A stretch of DNA of 64,000 nt, from the NCBI GenBank assembly GCA_965224245.1, contig OZ245046.1, positions 3,328,001-3,392,000 of the forward strand, given 5' to 3'. A program made the translations under genes and the position numbers. This DNA is from Candidatus Eiseniibacteriota bacterium. GTDB taxonomy: Bacteria > Eisenbacteria > RBG-16-71-46 > CAZAMP01. The notes below the pieces were generated by a model, which ran no database searches, had not been told where the DNA came from, and worked only from the letters and a program-made list of their open reading frames with translations. Below, one piece after another: positions 28,927 to 39,300 of the stretch (positions are counted from its first letter, which is position 1; every line of letters begins with the position of its first letter).

Positions 28927-31863
28927 ATGCGCGCAAGACACACACATCCGTGTGCGTCCGTACTTCTCGCGGTCGTGACCGTCGTGACATCGGCGACGGC
29001 CACACCGGTGGCCACCGACCGGCCACAGGTCGCCATCGAGCCCAGCGCCGCGTCCACGAGCGCGTCCGAGCGGGCGATCGATGCCCTCTCGATCAGAACG
29101 GGCACGAGGTGGCGTGTACACGCTGTGAACGGCGCGACCGGCACGCCGCATCTGGCGTTCGGGTCGGGCATCGAGACCGGCGCGCCTGCGGCGAGCGGGG
29201 CCGACGCCGAGCGATTGGCTCGCGACTTCATCGACGCGCAGGCCGACGTCTTCGGCACCAACGCCGAGCACCTCGAGCTCTGGCAGGCCGCTCACGCAAG
29301 CGGGAAGTGGGGCGTGACGTTTCACCAGCTCCACCGCGGGATTCGCGTGCTCGGCGGACGCGTCCACGTCACGATGACCGACGCGGGACGTGTGTTCGTG
29401 ATCGGCTCGGACGTCTACCCCGGAGTCGAGGTGTCCACGACACCGGCGATCACGGCGAGCGCGGCGGTGACGCTGGCCTCGAAGCATCTCGACGCCGAGA
29501 CGCGTTCGGGCGTCCAGGAGCCCACGCTGCGCATCCTGCCGGTTCACGACGGCGGCAGGGTGACGCATCATCTCGTCTGGCAGGTCGAGCAGTGGACGGA
29601 CGACCCCACCGGACACTGGTACACGTACGTCGACGCGCACACGGGCGCGATCCGCTGGCTCCAGAGCGCCGTCTATCACGCGGACGTCACCGGTACGGTC
29701 CGCGCCGTCGTCGAGGACCTCGACTTCTGCACGGGTGCGTTCGACCGCCCGCTCGCCAACATCCGCGTGGAGATCGACGAGACCGGGGACTTCGCCTACA
29801 CCGACGTCGACGGCGCGTTCTCGATCCCGGCGGGCGCGGACCCGGTCACGCTGCGTACCGAGCTGGCCGGCCGCTGGATCGACGTGAACCGCAGCGACGA
29901 CCTCGAGAGCGCCGACCCCGAGCAGACGCTGATCGCCACGCCCGGTGTCCCCGTCGACATCGTCTGGGATGAACCCAGCTCCCGCTGGGACGAGCGCGAC
30001 GTCTACTTTCACGGCGACCTCTCGCACGAGTTCATCGTGGACGTCGATCCGAGCTACGGCGATCTCGACTACCAGATGGCGTCGACCGTCGGCATCGCGG
30101 ACGCCTGCAACGCGTTCTACGACGGCGTGGGGATCAACTTCTTCCAGGAGCTGGGGGGCTGCGCGAACTCCGGTCGGATCGGCGACGTCGTGTATCACGA
30201 GTACGGGCACGGCGTGACCTGGTATCTCTACGGCGCTCCCGAAGATCAGCCGTTCGGACGGATCCACGAGGGGAACTCGGACGTCTTCGCCTTTCTGATC
30301 TCCGGCAACGCCCTTCTCGCGGCCGGATTCCATCTCGACTGCGAGGCCGGGCTCCGGAACGCCGACAACACGCTGTGCTGGCCCGACGACCTCTTCGGTG
30401 GCTCCGGTCACACCGACGGACAGATGCTCTCGGGCTTTTACTGGGAGCTGCGCCAGCGCTTCGTGGATCTCTACGGCGAGAGCGACGGCATCGCCCGCAC
30501 GGCCCAGAACTGGCACTTCGCGCGGAAGCTCGGACTGCCGACCGATCTCGACGATCAGGTGTTCTTCGCCTTCGTCTACGACGACGACAACGGCGATCTC
30601 GACGACGGGACCCCGCACTACGGGGAGCTGTGCTCGGCCGCCGACGCACACTGTTTCCCATGTCCGGACTTCGGCGTCGAGATCCGCCACACGGCGGTCG
30701 GTCCGCTCTGGGCCGCCGATACACCGGTCGACGTGACCGCAAAGGTGTACTCGACGCTGGGATCCATCCCGGCCGACTCTGCCCGCGTTCGGTTCGCGAT
30801 CGACGACGGCCCGTTCACCGAGACCGAGATGTCCGGCAGCCCCGCCGACAGCCTGTACTCGGTCGCGCTGCCCGGGCAGCCGGCGGGCAGCACGTTGACG
30901 TACTACCTCGTCGGGGCCGACGACGCCGGCAACGTCGAAACGCTTCCTCGCACCGCGCCGACCGACGTCTTCACGGTGCTCGTCGCGCCGACCGTGTGGA
31001 ACGACTTCGAGGCGTCGGCAGCCGGATGGACCAGCGGCGGCGACGCCACCGAGGGGCTCTGGGAGCGCGTGGAGCCGGTCGGCAGCTACATCGGGATGAA
31101 CCCGGTCGCCGTGGACGAGGATCACAGCGTCCCGGGCACGTTCTGCTTCGTCACCGAGCAGAACGTCGAGGGCGAGACCGCCGCCGAGAACGACGTCGAC
31201 GGGGGGACCGCGCTCCTCCTCTCCCCCGCCTGGAACCTGTCCGGCGCGACCGAGGCCGTTCTGAACTACCACCGCTGGTACACCGACGACTCGAACACGT
31301 CGCCCCAGGAGGAGTACTGGGTGGTCGAGGTGAAGAACGGGACGCTCGGCGCGTGGGTCGAGCTCGAGAACACGACCGACAGCGAGAACGACTGGGTCCT
31401 CCAGTCGTTCGACCTGATCTCCCTGTTCGGCGCACCGGAGATCGGTCTCGTGCAGGTCCGGTTCCTGGCAACCGACCTGCCGCCGACGAACAACCTCGTG
31501 GAGGCGGGCGTCGACGACGTCTGGATCCAGTCGGATCTCGGCGGCGGCTCGGTGGGAGTCGATCCGGTGCACCCCGGCATTCCGGCGGTGACGCGCCTGT
31601 CTCCGATCCTCCCCAACCCCGCGGTTCGGGGCACGCGCGTCGCGTACGAGCTCGGTCGACCCGGCCGGGTCCGGCTCGACGTGTACGACGTCGGGGGCCG
31701 TCACGTTCGAACGCTCGTCAACACGTCCCAGGCGGCGGGGTACTACGCCGTTCGTTGGGACGGCACGGGCGACGCGGGAAGCCCGATTGCCAGCGGTTCG
31801 TACGTCGTGCGGCTCTCGGTCGACGGTGTCGATCATCATCGAAAGCTCACGGTCGTGCGTTGA
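28927..31863 (+). CDS. Secreted M4/M36-like metallopeptidase with propeptide, accessory beta domains and FlgD-Ig C-terminal domain
   Basis: FTP/PepSY-like propeptide (FHQLHRGIRV, YVDAHTG); CNAFY, YHEYGHG, HEGNSD; PNP...VYDVGGRHVRTL...WDG. Confidence 0.87.
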   Translation: MRARHTHPCASVLLAVVTVVTSATATPVATDRPQVAIEPSAASTSASERAIDALSIRTGTRWRVHAVNGATGTPHLAFGSGIETGAPAASGADAERLARDFIDAQADVFGTNAEHLELWQAAHASGKWGVTFHQLHRGIRVLGGRVHVTMTDAGRVFVIGSDVYPGVEVSTTPAITASAAVTLASKHLDAETRSGVQEPTLRILPVHDGGRVTHHLVWQVEQWTDDPTGHWYTYVDAHTGAIRWLQSAVYHADVTGTVRAVVEDLDFCTGAFDRPLANIRVEIDETGDFAYTDVDGAFSIPAGADPVTLRTELAGRWIDVNRSDDLESADPEQTLIATPGVPVDIVWDEPSSRWDERDVYFHGDLSHEFIVDVDPSYGDLDYQMASTVGIADACNAFYDGVGINFFQELGGCANSGRIGDVVYHEYGHGVTWYLYGAPEDQPFGRIHEGNSDVFAFLISGNALLAAGFHLDCEAGLRNADNTLCWPDDLFGGSGHTDGQMLSGFYWELRQRFVDLYGESDGIARTAQNWHFARKLGLPTDLDDQVFFAFVYDDDNGDLDDGTPHYGELCSAADAHCFPCPDFGVEIRHTAVGPLWAADTPVDVTAKVYSTLGSIPADSARVRFAIDDGPFTETEMSGSPADSLYSVALPGQPAGSTLTYYLVGADDAGNVETLPRTAPTDVFTVLVAPTVWNDFEASAAGWTSGGDATEGLWERVEPVGSYIGMNPVAVDEDHSVPGTFCFVTEQNVEGETAAENDVDGGTALLLSPAWNLSGATEAVLNYHRWYTDDSNTSPQEEYWVVEVKNGTLGAWVELENTTDSENDWVLQSFDLISLFGAPEIGLVQVRFLATDLPPTNNLVEAGVDDVWIQSDLGGGSVGVDPVHPGIPAVTRLSPILPNPAVRGTRVAYELGRPGRVRLDVYDVGGRHVRTLVNTSQAAGYYAVRWDGTGDAGSPIASGSYVVRLSVDGVDHHRKLTVVR

Positions 31864-31889
31864 TCACGCGAAGAAAGTCGGAGGGCGTC

Positions 31890-33902
31890 ATGCAGCTCGG
31901 CTCGGTCCTGACCCTTGTGGCACTCTCGGTCGGCGTCTCCTCGGTGGCGCCGCACGTCGTGGCCGCGGCTCCTCGCGTGCTCGACCGGAGCGTACTCGTC
32001 GACTCGGACCACGCGTACACGTGGTCCGGAGGATCGACGGACTGGAGCGCCGCGCGCGGCGCCTCGTACGGGTACGACGTCACGCACTACGACCTCGACC
32101 TCGCGGTCGACTTCGGCGTCCCCGAGATCATTGCGACCGGCACGATGACGGTCACCATCACCGAGGCCGACCTCACGTCGCTCACCGTCGACCTGAACGA
32201 CATGATGACGGTCACCGGCGTCACGGTGGACGGTCTGTCGCGTTTCTACACCACGGCCGAGGAGACGATCTCGATCACGCTCCCCTCGGCACCCGCGATC
32301 GGCGCCGAGCTGGTGGTCGCGGTCTCGTATCGAGGCCGCCCGTCCGAGGTCGGGACCAAGTCGATGCGATTCCGGACACACGGCGGGATCCCGGTGGTCT
32401 ACACCCTCAGCACGCCGTTCTCCAACGCGAGCGTGACCGTGATCCCGATCAGCCACTACTGGCGTCCCTGCAAGGACGACCCCACCGACAAGAGCACGTA
32501 CTCGGCCTCGCTCACGGTGCCCGACACGATGACCGGCGTCACGAACGGCGTCATGATCAGCGAGACCGACAACCTCGACGGCACCAAGACCTTCGTCTGG
32601 GAGCACGGCTATCCGATCGCGCCCTATCTGATCACGATCGGGATCACGAACTACGTCGAGATCACCGACACGTACGTCGGCGACACCCACACGCTCCCGA
32701 TCTCGCACTACGCGTATCCGGAACTCGTGACCCAGGCCACGTCCGACTGGGCGCCCGTCACGTCGCATCTGGCCGCGTTCGAGGATCGGTTCGGGACGTT
32801 TCCGTTCACCGGTGAGCGCTACGGCATGTACATGATCGAGCCGGGTCCGGCGGTGGAGCACCAGACCATGGTGTCGTACCCGCGCAACATCGTGGACGGC
32901 TCGGGCGACTTCGAGTACATCGTCGCGCACGAGCTGGTGCACATGTGGTTCGGCGACGAGATCACGGTCGCCGACTGGAAGGACGTCTGGCTCTCCGAGG
33001 GCTTTGCGTCGTACGGGGAGGCGATCTACGAGGAGTCGGTGGGCGGTGCGACCGCGCTCCGCGACTACATGATGGCCATGGACGCGGGACCCTACGCGGG
33101 CACGATGTACGACCCGCCCTACGTGTGGCACGCCATCGTGTACGACAAGGGCGCATGGGTCCTGCACATGCTCCGGCACGTCCTCGGCGACGCCGGGTTC
33201 GACCAGCTCATCGCCGACTATCGCGCCGCGCACGCCGGCGGCAACGTGGTCACGACCGACTTCATCGCCGTGGCCGAGGGCGTCCACGGCAGCAGCCTCT
33301 CCTGGTTCTTCGATCCCTGGGTGTACGAGGAAGGCCGTCCGTCGTACGCGTACAGCTGGATCCCCGAGACGACCGCCGGGCTCGCGGTGTCGCTGACGCT
33401 GGATCAGGTCCAGTCGCTGGATCAGCCCACGTACACGATGCCGATCGACGTCGAGATCCAGACCGCGTCGGGCACCGAGCAGCACGTGATCATGAACGAC
33501 ATGCGATCGCAGTCGTTCTCGATCCCGGTCGGGGATACGCCGATCGCGGTGACGCTCGACCCGGGCCGCTGGATCCTGGGCTCGTTCGTCGAGGAGCCGG
33601 TCGGCGTCGCCACCGGACCGGCCGCGCCCTGGGGCGTGGATGCACCGGTCCCGAACCCCGCGTTCGGTGCGACGACGATCTCGTTCCTGACCGCGACGCC
33701 GGGGCGCGTGGCGGTCCGCGTCTTCGACGTCGCGGGACGCCACGTCCGGACGCTCACCAGCGAGGTGCTGTCGGCAGGACCGCACACGGTGACCTGGGAC
33801 GGTCGCGACCGTCACGGCGAGCCGGTGGCCGCGGGCTCGTATCGCGTTCGCCTCGTCGGACCCGACGGCGTTGACCACGCATCCGTGCTCGTGGTTCGCT
33901 GA
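31890..33902 (+). CDS. Secreted M1 family aminopeptidase with FlgD-Ig C-terminal domain
   Basis: GGAGG RBS, MQLGSVLTL; YDVTHYDLDL; AVEHQT; AHELVHMWFGD...WLSEGFASY; YDKGAWVLHML. Confidence 0.92.
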   Translation: MQLGSVLTLVALSVGVSSVAPHVVAAAPRVLDRSVLVDSDHAYTWSGGSTDWSAARGASYGYDVTHYDLDLAVDFGVPEIIATGTMTVTITEADLTSLTVDLNDMMTVTGVTVDGLSRFYTTAEETISITLPSAPAIGAELVVAVSYRGRPSEVGTKSMRFRTHGGIPVVYTLSTPFSNASVTVIPISHYWRPCKDDPTDKSTYSASLTVPDTMTGVTNGVMISETDNLDGTKTFVWEHGYPIAPYLITIGITNYVEITDTYVGDTHTLPISHYAYPELVTQATSDWAPVTSHLAAFEDRFGTFPFTGERYGMYMIEPGPAVEHQTMVSYPRNIVDGSGDFEYIVAHELVHMWFGDEITVADWKDVWLSEGFASYGEAIYEESVGGATALRDYMMAMDAGPYAGTMYDPPYVWHAIVYDKGAWVLHMLRHVLGDAGFDQLIADYRAAHAGGNVVTTDFIAVAEGVHGSSLSWFFDPWVYEEGRPSYAYSWIPETTAGLAVSLTLDQVQSLDQPTYTMPIDVEIQTASGTEQHVIMNDMRSQSFSIPVGDTPIAVTLDPGRWILGSFVEEPVGVATGPAAPWGVDAPVPNPAFGATTISFLTATPGRVAVRVFDVAGRHVRTLTSEVLSAGPHTVTWDGRDRHGEPVAAGSYRVRLVGPDGVDHASVLVVR

Positions 33903-33913
33903 TCGTCCATCGG

Positions 33914-33938
33914 CCCGGCCGGCCCTCGGCCGGCCGGG
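33914..33938. terminator. GC-rich hairpin between convergent genes
   Basis: cccggccggcc-ctc-ggccggccggg: 11-bp stem, 3-nt loop; no U-tract. Confidence 0.55.
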
Positions 33939-35264
33939 TCAGCGACGTTCGCGTAGCGCGTCCTCGAGGTGGCGATAGGGCTCGGTCAGCTCACCCCGGT
34001 GCACGATCATCGCGCCGGCGATCTCGGGCGGCAGCGTGGAGACACCACCGGGCCCGGCGAAGGCGGGATCCTCCAGAGCGCGCGCCAGGTCGGGCATGAA
34101 CGGCGCCAGGGCGTCTCCGAAGGCGCGCGACGCGTCCACGGGAAGCTCGGCGGGCAGGAAGTCCACGGCCAGGATCACCGGACCGTTCCCGTCGATCCCC
34201 TCCTCGATCATCTCGGTGTCCACGTCGTACACGTAGACTGGGGCATCGGGCTCGGTCGCCTTCACCGTGAACTCGATCGCCCCCTCGATGTCGAGCGAGA
34301 CGTCTCCGATGACGCGGAGGCGGGGCGTGTCTCCCGAGTACAGCCGCGCCGCGGATTCGCGCGTCATGAGCCTCGGACAACCGGGCTCCCAGTACAGCGC
34401 GGTGATGAGAACCGTCAGCCAGGGAAGGTAGCGCTCGAACGTGGACTCGTGGCCGGCGGGATCGGCCAGGTAGCGCTCCCACGTGAACGGACCGCCGTCG
34501 CCGGGCGCGAGCCAGTCTCCGCCGTCGAACACGACCTGATAGACGCGACGGTCGATCGGCACCGAGCCCGGTCCCGCGAGGAGCTGGGCCGGCGTCAGGG
34601 TGCGCGCACCCAGCGCATTCAGGATCTCCTGCGCGCCGCCGGACACGCCGCCGGCGCCGGCGATGCCGATGACGAGCGGGCACAGCTCGGGCGGCAGTCC
34701 ATCCCGGGCGATGCGTTCGCCCGCGTCGCGGATCGCGTGCAGCGCATCGGCGAGGTCGTCGTACTGATGGGCCTGCCGGATTCGCTCGAACGGGTTCGGC
34801 GTTCCCTCCGACGCGAGTCGCCGCCCGAGCGCCCACAGCGAGTCGATCGTGCCCGCGAGGCCGGCGAAACGACTGAACCCGATCAGCCGCCGATCGGCCG
34901 CGTCCACGATGCGCTCGTAGTCGATCAGGGACGCGCCGCGATCGAGCAACGCGCGCAGCATCGGCATGCTCGTGGGCTGCCCCTTGATGGTGTGGGAGAA
35001 GAACGCGTACGTGGTGTCGGATCGGAACGCGTCGGGCGGGATCTCCTTCACCCCCAGCACGAGTGCGCAGCCGTCGAGTCGCTCGGAGAGCGTCGCGCCG
35101 GCGCGGACGTATGCCTCGTCGTCGAACGCGCGCTTGACGGACGGCTCGATCGCGATCGAGAGCCCGTGGTCCTGTACGAGCGCCTTGACGTGGCGAGGGG
35201 TCAGCGGCGCTCGGCGCTCCCAGTCACTCTTGGTCTCGCGTCGGATGCCGATCCGTAGGGTCAT
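33939..35264 (-). CDS. Lysine-ketoglutarate reductase / saccharopine dehydrogenase (AlaDh/PNT fold), stand-alone
   Basis: IGIRRETKSDWERRAPLTP, GVKEIP, FFSHTIKGQ, LIDYERI, AGLAG, YWEP..PRL, IGDVSLDIEG, VDFLPAELP. Confidence 0.88.
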   Translation of the reverse strand: MTLRIGIRRETKSDWERRAPLTPRHVKALVQDHGLSIAIEPSVKRAFDDEAYVRAGATLSERLDGCALVLGVKEIPPDAFRSDTTYAFFSHTIKGQPTSMPMLRALLDRGASLIDYERIVDAADRRLIGFSRFAGLAGTIDSLWALGRRLASEGTPNPFERIRQAHQYDDLADALHAIRDAGERIARDGLPPELCPLVIGIAGAGGVSGGAQEILNALGARTLTPAQLLAGPGSVPIDRRVYQVVFDGGDWLAPGDGGPFTWERYLADPAGHESTFERYLPWLTVLITALYWEPGCPRLMTRESAARLYSGDTPRLRVIGDVSLDIEGAIEFTVKATEPDAPVYVYDVDTEMIEEGIDGNGPVILAVDFLPAELPVDASRAFGDALAPFMPDLARALEDPAFAGPGGVSTLPPEIAGAMIVHRGELTEPYRHLEDALRERR

Positions 35265-37216
35265 CGGTTGTGGATCTCCAGGGGTTCGAAGCCGTCGGCC
35301 GGCTCGAAGCCCAGCACGCGTCCGAAGAACGTCAGCTGGGCCGCGAGGGCGCGGCGGATGTTGGGTCCTCGTTCGAATCCGTGGCCCTCGTCGTCGAAGG
35401 TCACGTACGCGTGCGGCAGGCCGCTCTCGGCCAGCGCGGCCACGATCGTCTCGGACTGCTCGGGAGGCACCACCCGATCCTCGAGACCCTGCAACAGGAT
35501 CACCGGACAGCGGATCTCGCCGGCCCGGTGCACGGGCGATCGCGCCACGTATCGGTCTCGCGTCTCGGGGTACGGCCCGACGAGCGACTCCAGGTAGCGC
35601 GACTCGAACTTGTGCGTGTCGCGGGCGAGTCGCTCGAGGTCGGCCACGCCGTACGCGCTCGCGCCGGCCGCGAACACGTCGCTCGAGACCAGTGCCGACA
35701 GCGTGGTGAACCCTCCGGCGCTGCCGCCCTTGATGACGAGGCGCGCGCCGTCCACGAGTCCGCGCCGCACCATGTCGAGCGCGGCGTTCACGCAGTCGGC
35801 GGTGTCGACGGTTCCCCACCGTCCGGTGAGCCGTTCCCGGTAGGCGCGCCCGTACCCGACGCTTCCCCCGTAGTTGACGTCGATCACGGCGAAGCCGCGG
35901 CTGGTCCAGAACTGAACCCCGAGATCGAACCCCGAGCTCGCCCGCGCAGTGGGACCGCCGTGACTGAGCACGATGAGCGGTGGCTTCTCGTCGGCGGGAC
36001 CGATCGCGTCGCGATTAGTGGGCCGGTAGAACCAGGCGTACGCGCTCTGGCCGCCGTCGGTGGGGAACTCCACCGCCTCGGGAACCGACACGTAGCCGGC
36101 ATCGATCGAGACCGAGAGACCCCGGCGCACCTCGATGATCTCCCGCTCTCGCAGGTCGAGGAGCACGACGGTCGGCGGACGATCGGGCGCCGCCCCGACG
36201 AACGCGAGTCGACCGCCCCCGTCACTGGTGAGGGTCGGGCCGTAGCCGAAGTTCGTGTACGGCAGGTCCAGGTCCTCGGTGGCGCCGTCGGGATCGATCA
36301 CCACGATGCGCTCCCGGTCGACGTCGTAGCGCACGGCCGCGATGCGCCCCTCGCCCACGAAGGCGAGCTGCGACAGACCGAAGACCCAAGGCGGATACCC
36401 GTGGTCGGCCGCCCGGGGCGCGATCGGCTCGATCTCACCGCGGTCCAGGGTCAGACGATGGAGGTTCCAGTACCCGGTTCGGTCCGAGACGAAGACGAGC
36501 GTGTCGTCGGTGATCCACGACGGCTGGAGGATCGACTCGCCGGTGCCTCCGGCCACGCGGCGGGCGCCGCGCAGCGTCCCTCGGCCGGTCCGCTCGGCGA
36601 CCCACAGCTCGCTCGCGTCCCACGGCATGTACGGATGATCCCAGACGATCCACGCGATCGCCCCGCCCGACGGGCTGACCGCCGGGGCCGCCACGAAGTC
36701 GTTCTCCGCCCACAGCACCCGGGGCGGCTCACCGCCGTCGGCCGGCACCTCCACGAGGGCATTCCGTACGTCGGGAGCGCCGTCGCGCGTGCGATGCGTC
36801 TCGCACACCGCGACCAGCGAGGCGCCATCGACCGGGACCAGATCCGCGAACCGATCGGCACGTGGTGACGGCGGGGCCGGCGTGATCGGGACCGCGGCGC
36901 CCGCGTCGAGCCGGTAGACCCGCTGATCGGTGTCCTCGACCACGAACGGAACGCCGTCGATCACGCAGTAGTCGCCACCGCCGTACTCGTGGCAGCGCGA
37001 CTTCACGCGGACGCCGTCGGGGGTCACCGACTCCACGGTGCCATCGGGGGTCCGGCGCCAGACCACGCCCCGCCCGGACTCCGCCGCCCGCGTCTCGCGC
37101 CAGTAGAGCGAGCCGCCGACCAGCCGGGGCAGGGACAGCCTCACCTCGTGCGTGGCGATCAGATCGGGCATGATCGGAGACGGCCAGCTCCCGTACGGGC
37201 GTTCGGTCGGCGTCAC
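35261..37216 (-). CDS. S9 family peptidase (prolyl oligopeptidase/acylaminoacyl peptidase)
   Basis: PYGSWPSPI, HEYGGG, HGGPT, GGSAGG nucleophile, HKFESRY, QGLED, EGHGF; GGAGG RBS before GTG 37216. Confidence 0.93.
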   Translation of the reverse strand: MTPTERPYGSWPSPIMPDLIATHEVRLSLPRLVGGSLYWRETRAAESGRGVVWRRTPDGTVESVTPDGVRVKSRCHEYGGGDYCVIDGVPFVVEDTDQRVYRLDAGAAVPITPAPPSPRADRFADLVPVDGASLVAVCETHRTRDGAPDVRNALVEVPADGGEPPRVLWAENDFVAAPAVSPSGGAIAWIVWDHPYMPWDASELWVAERTGRGTLRGARRVAGGTGESILQPSWITDDTLVFVSDRTGYWNLHRLTLDRGEIEPIAPRAADHGYPPWVFGLSQLAFVGEGRIAAVRYDVDRERIVVIDPDGATEDLDLPYTNFGYGPTLTSDGGGRLAFVGAAPDRPPTVVLLDLREREIIEVRRGLSVSIDAGYVSVPEAVEFPTDGGQSAYAWFYRPTNRDAIGPADEKPPLIVLSHGGPTARASSGFDLGVQFWTSRGFAVIDVNYGGSVGYGRAYRERLTGRWGTVDTADCVNAALDMVRRGLVDGARLVIKGGSAGGFTTLSALVSSDVFAAGASAYGVADLERLARDTHKFESRYLESLVGPYPETRDRYVARSPVHRAGEIRCPVILLQGLEDRVVPPEQSETIVAALAESGLPHAYVTFDDEGHGFERGPNIRRALAAQLTFFGRVLGFEPADGFEPLEIHNR

Positions 37217-37303
37217 GACGTTCCTCCGGTTGAAGGCGACTGGGGATGGTACTTGCCCACTGGTGACTTCCGAAAGGCCCGTCGACGACCGACCGAGAGA
37301 GTC

Positions 37304-39004
37304 ATGCACCTCCTCCCCGGACCCCGGACCCGAACGCCGATCGGATTCCTGCTCGTCCTCGCCCTGGCCGGGGGGGCGCCGGCCCAGGCCGGCGGTCCCA
37401 TCCGCGTGCTCGCCCCACCGCCAGCCGTCCCGGCGCCCGGGATCCCCGTCTCGAGCGGCACCGGCTACGTGGGGCTCGCGGACCTCCCGCTCTCGGATCC
37501 CCGGCTGCGACAGCTCGAGGCGGCAATCGACTGCGGCTTCCTCCCCGAGGCCGTTCCGTCGATCTCGGGCACCACCGCGCGCGAGTGGGCCGAGCTGGAG
37601 TCTCTCGCGGCGGGCTTCCTCATCGGGTGCCCCGATGCCGACGGGCTCGTTCCCACCGTTCGCGGATCGGGCCACACGACCGCCCCGACCACGTCCGGCG
37701 CGGTCACGGCCGGGACCGCCGGGCGGACACCGCACGCGGCCCACGCGGGCGCCGGCACTCGCGCGGCCCCGCCGGACCCGGTGCGTCTCGCGCGTCTCGG
37801 ACCCACGGAGGTCGAGCTACGGGGTGCGCATCTCTTCGCCGGGGAAACCGGGACGCGCCGGTTCGCCGACGGCGACGAGATCGAGGAGGGTCTTCACGCG
37901 CGCACGCGAGGAAGCGTCGTGCTGGAGCCGACATCGTGGTCTCACGCGAGCGCGGAGCTCGTCGGGGGAGCGGGTCGGAGCGCCACGCGGCTTCTCGTCA
38001 CGCGCGCGGCCCTGACGCTGCGCGGCCGGGGGCTCCGCGTGACGCTGGGGCGCCAGCCGCGCTGGTGGGGACCGGGACGACTCAACGAGGTGCTCCTCAC
38101 CACCAATGCGCGCGCCGGCGACGGCATCGAGCTGGCCACCGACGGCGCGCTCTCGATCGGGGCCGCGGGCGCGATCCGGTCGGCGGTGTTTCTCAGCTAC
38201 CTCGACGACGGCGCGCGTCCGACGCCATACCCTCTCCTGTTCGGGCATCGTGTCGCCTGGAGACCGCGAGGCGTGGTCGAGCTCGGAGTCGAGCGCACGA
38301 TCATGCTGGGTGGCGCCGGCCGGTCCGAGCGCTACACGCCGGGTGACGTCCTCGACATCCTGGCCGGACGAGACGAGAACCGGGTCGACTACGAGGGCCA
38401 TCGCGACACCGATCAGAAGCTCGGTCTCGACATCACGCTTCGGCTGCCGATCCTGACGCGACTGGTGCCCGGCCTCCGGGGCTCCCGCGTCTTCTTTCGA
38501 TACGCGGGAGACGACGGGCTCGACGGGTGGCTGCCGACACGCGTGTCGCACCATTACGGTGCGGCGTTTCATCTCGACCGGACCCGGTTTACCGTGGAGT
38601 TTCTCGAGAACGTCGCCGGTGGGACCTGGTACTGGAACGACGAGTACCCGGCCGGCTACACCAACCGCGGCGACTTTCTGGGCACCGATCTGGGCGGGGA
38701 TGCGAAGAGCGGTCGCCTCCGCCTCGTGCGCGCGCTGACCCGGTCGGTGGGGCTTCGGGCCGAGCTGTTCGTCGACTCGCGCGGGCATCGGTACCACCAG
38801 GGAACGAGCGATCGCCCCGAGCCGGGCGCGCGTCGCGCGCTCTACGTCGAGGCCGGCATCGCGCTGGCCATCCGATCCCGCGCCGCCGACCGCGTCGTCG
38901 TGGAGTATCGGTTCCGCAATCCGCGCCACGGCTTCGCGTACGAGCGCGACGAGTCGCTGCCGCGGCATCTCGTCGTCGTCCGTCTGAGCGGCCTCGGAGG
39001 CTGA
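37304..39004 (+). CDS. Capsule assembly Wzi family outer-membrane protein
   Basis: LGRQPRWWGPG...LLTTNA, ELGVERTIMLGG, DQKLGLD, YTNRG..LG; signal-peptide-like N-terminus. Confidence 0.75.
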   Translation: MHLLPGPRTRTPIGFLLVLALAGGAPAQAGGPIRVLAPPPAVPAPGIPVSSGTGYVGLADLPLSDPRLRQLEAAIDCGFLPEAVPSISGTTAREWAELESLAAGFLIGCPDADGLVPTVRGSGHTTAPTTSGAVTAGTAGRTPHAAHAGAGTRAAPPDPVRLARLGPTEVELRGAHLFAGETGTRRFADGDEIEEGLHARTRGSVVLEPTSWSHASAELVGGAGRSATRLLVTRAALTLRGRGLRVTLGRQPRWWGPGRLNEVLLTTNARAGDGIELATDGALSIGAAGAIRSAVFLSYLDDGARPTPYPLLFGHRVAWRPRGVVELGVERTIMLGGAGRSERYTPGDVLDILAGRDENRVDYEGHRDTDQKLGLDITLRLPILTRLVPGLRGSRVFFRYAGDDGLDGWLPTRVSHHYGAAFHLDRTRFTVEFLENVAGGTWYWNDEYPAGYTNRGDFLGTDLGGDAKSGRLRLVRALTRSVGLRAELFVDSRGHRYHQGTSDRPEPGARRALYVEAGIALAIRSRAADRVVVEYRFRNPRHGFAYERDESLPRHLVVVRLSGLGG

Positions 39005-39063
39005 CGGGCGCGCCGCGACCGATCGGACGCCGGTCGCCGTCGGGCGTCACCGTCAGTTTGAAG

Positions 39064-39092
39064 TTGCAAACCGGCCATTTGGGGTCTATGGT
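39064..39092 (+). promoter_or_regulatory. Sigma70-like promoter TTGCAA-17-TATGGT with no downstream CDS
   Basis: TTGCAA at 39064-39069, 17-nt spacer, TATGGT at 39087-39092. Confidence 0.45.
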
Positions 39093-39300
39093 TCGAGCAC
39101 TCCTACTCGAACGACCTACCTCGACCCGCTTGGGGGAATGTCACCGTGTGAACGGTCGGTGACGCCTCGGCGGGGCCCTCCGGATGCAGGACCCAACCGG
39201 ACTGCAAGACCGTTTTGTGTGGCGACTGTCACACGACGTGGAGAAAAGCAAAGTGCTCTGATCCGTGATGCCCAAGCGGTTTCTGCGGACCGGTGCTCGA
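39093..39300. ncRNA. Candidate structured non-coding RNA (long nested hairpin, 6S-like size)
   Basis: Nested complementary segments 39093-100/39293-300, 39126-134/39271-279, 39145-151/39229-235; lies between convergent genes. Confidence 0.4.

Noticed and set aside
39174-39184. GGCCCTCCGGA shared with 49345-49355
   Set aside because: Only 11 GC-rich bases; compatible with chance.
39179-39206. H-type pseudoknot (TCCGG/CCGGA crossed with TGCAG/CTGCA)
   Set aside because: Loop lengths of 1 and 0 make both stems sterically implausible together; treated as alternative pairings.
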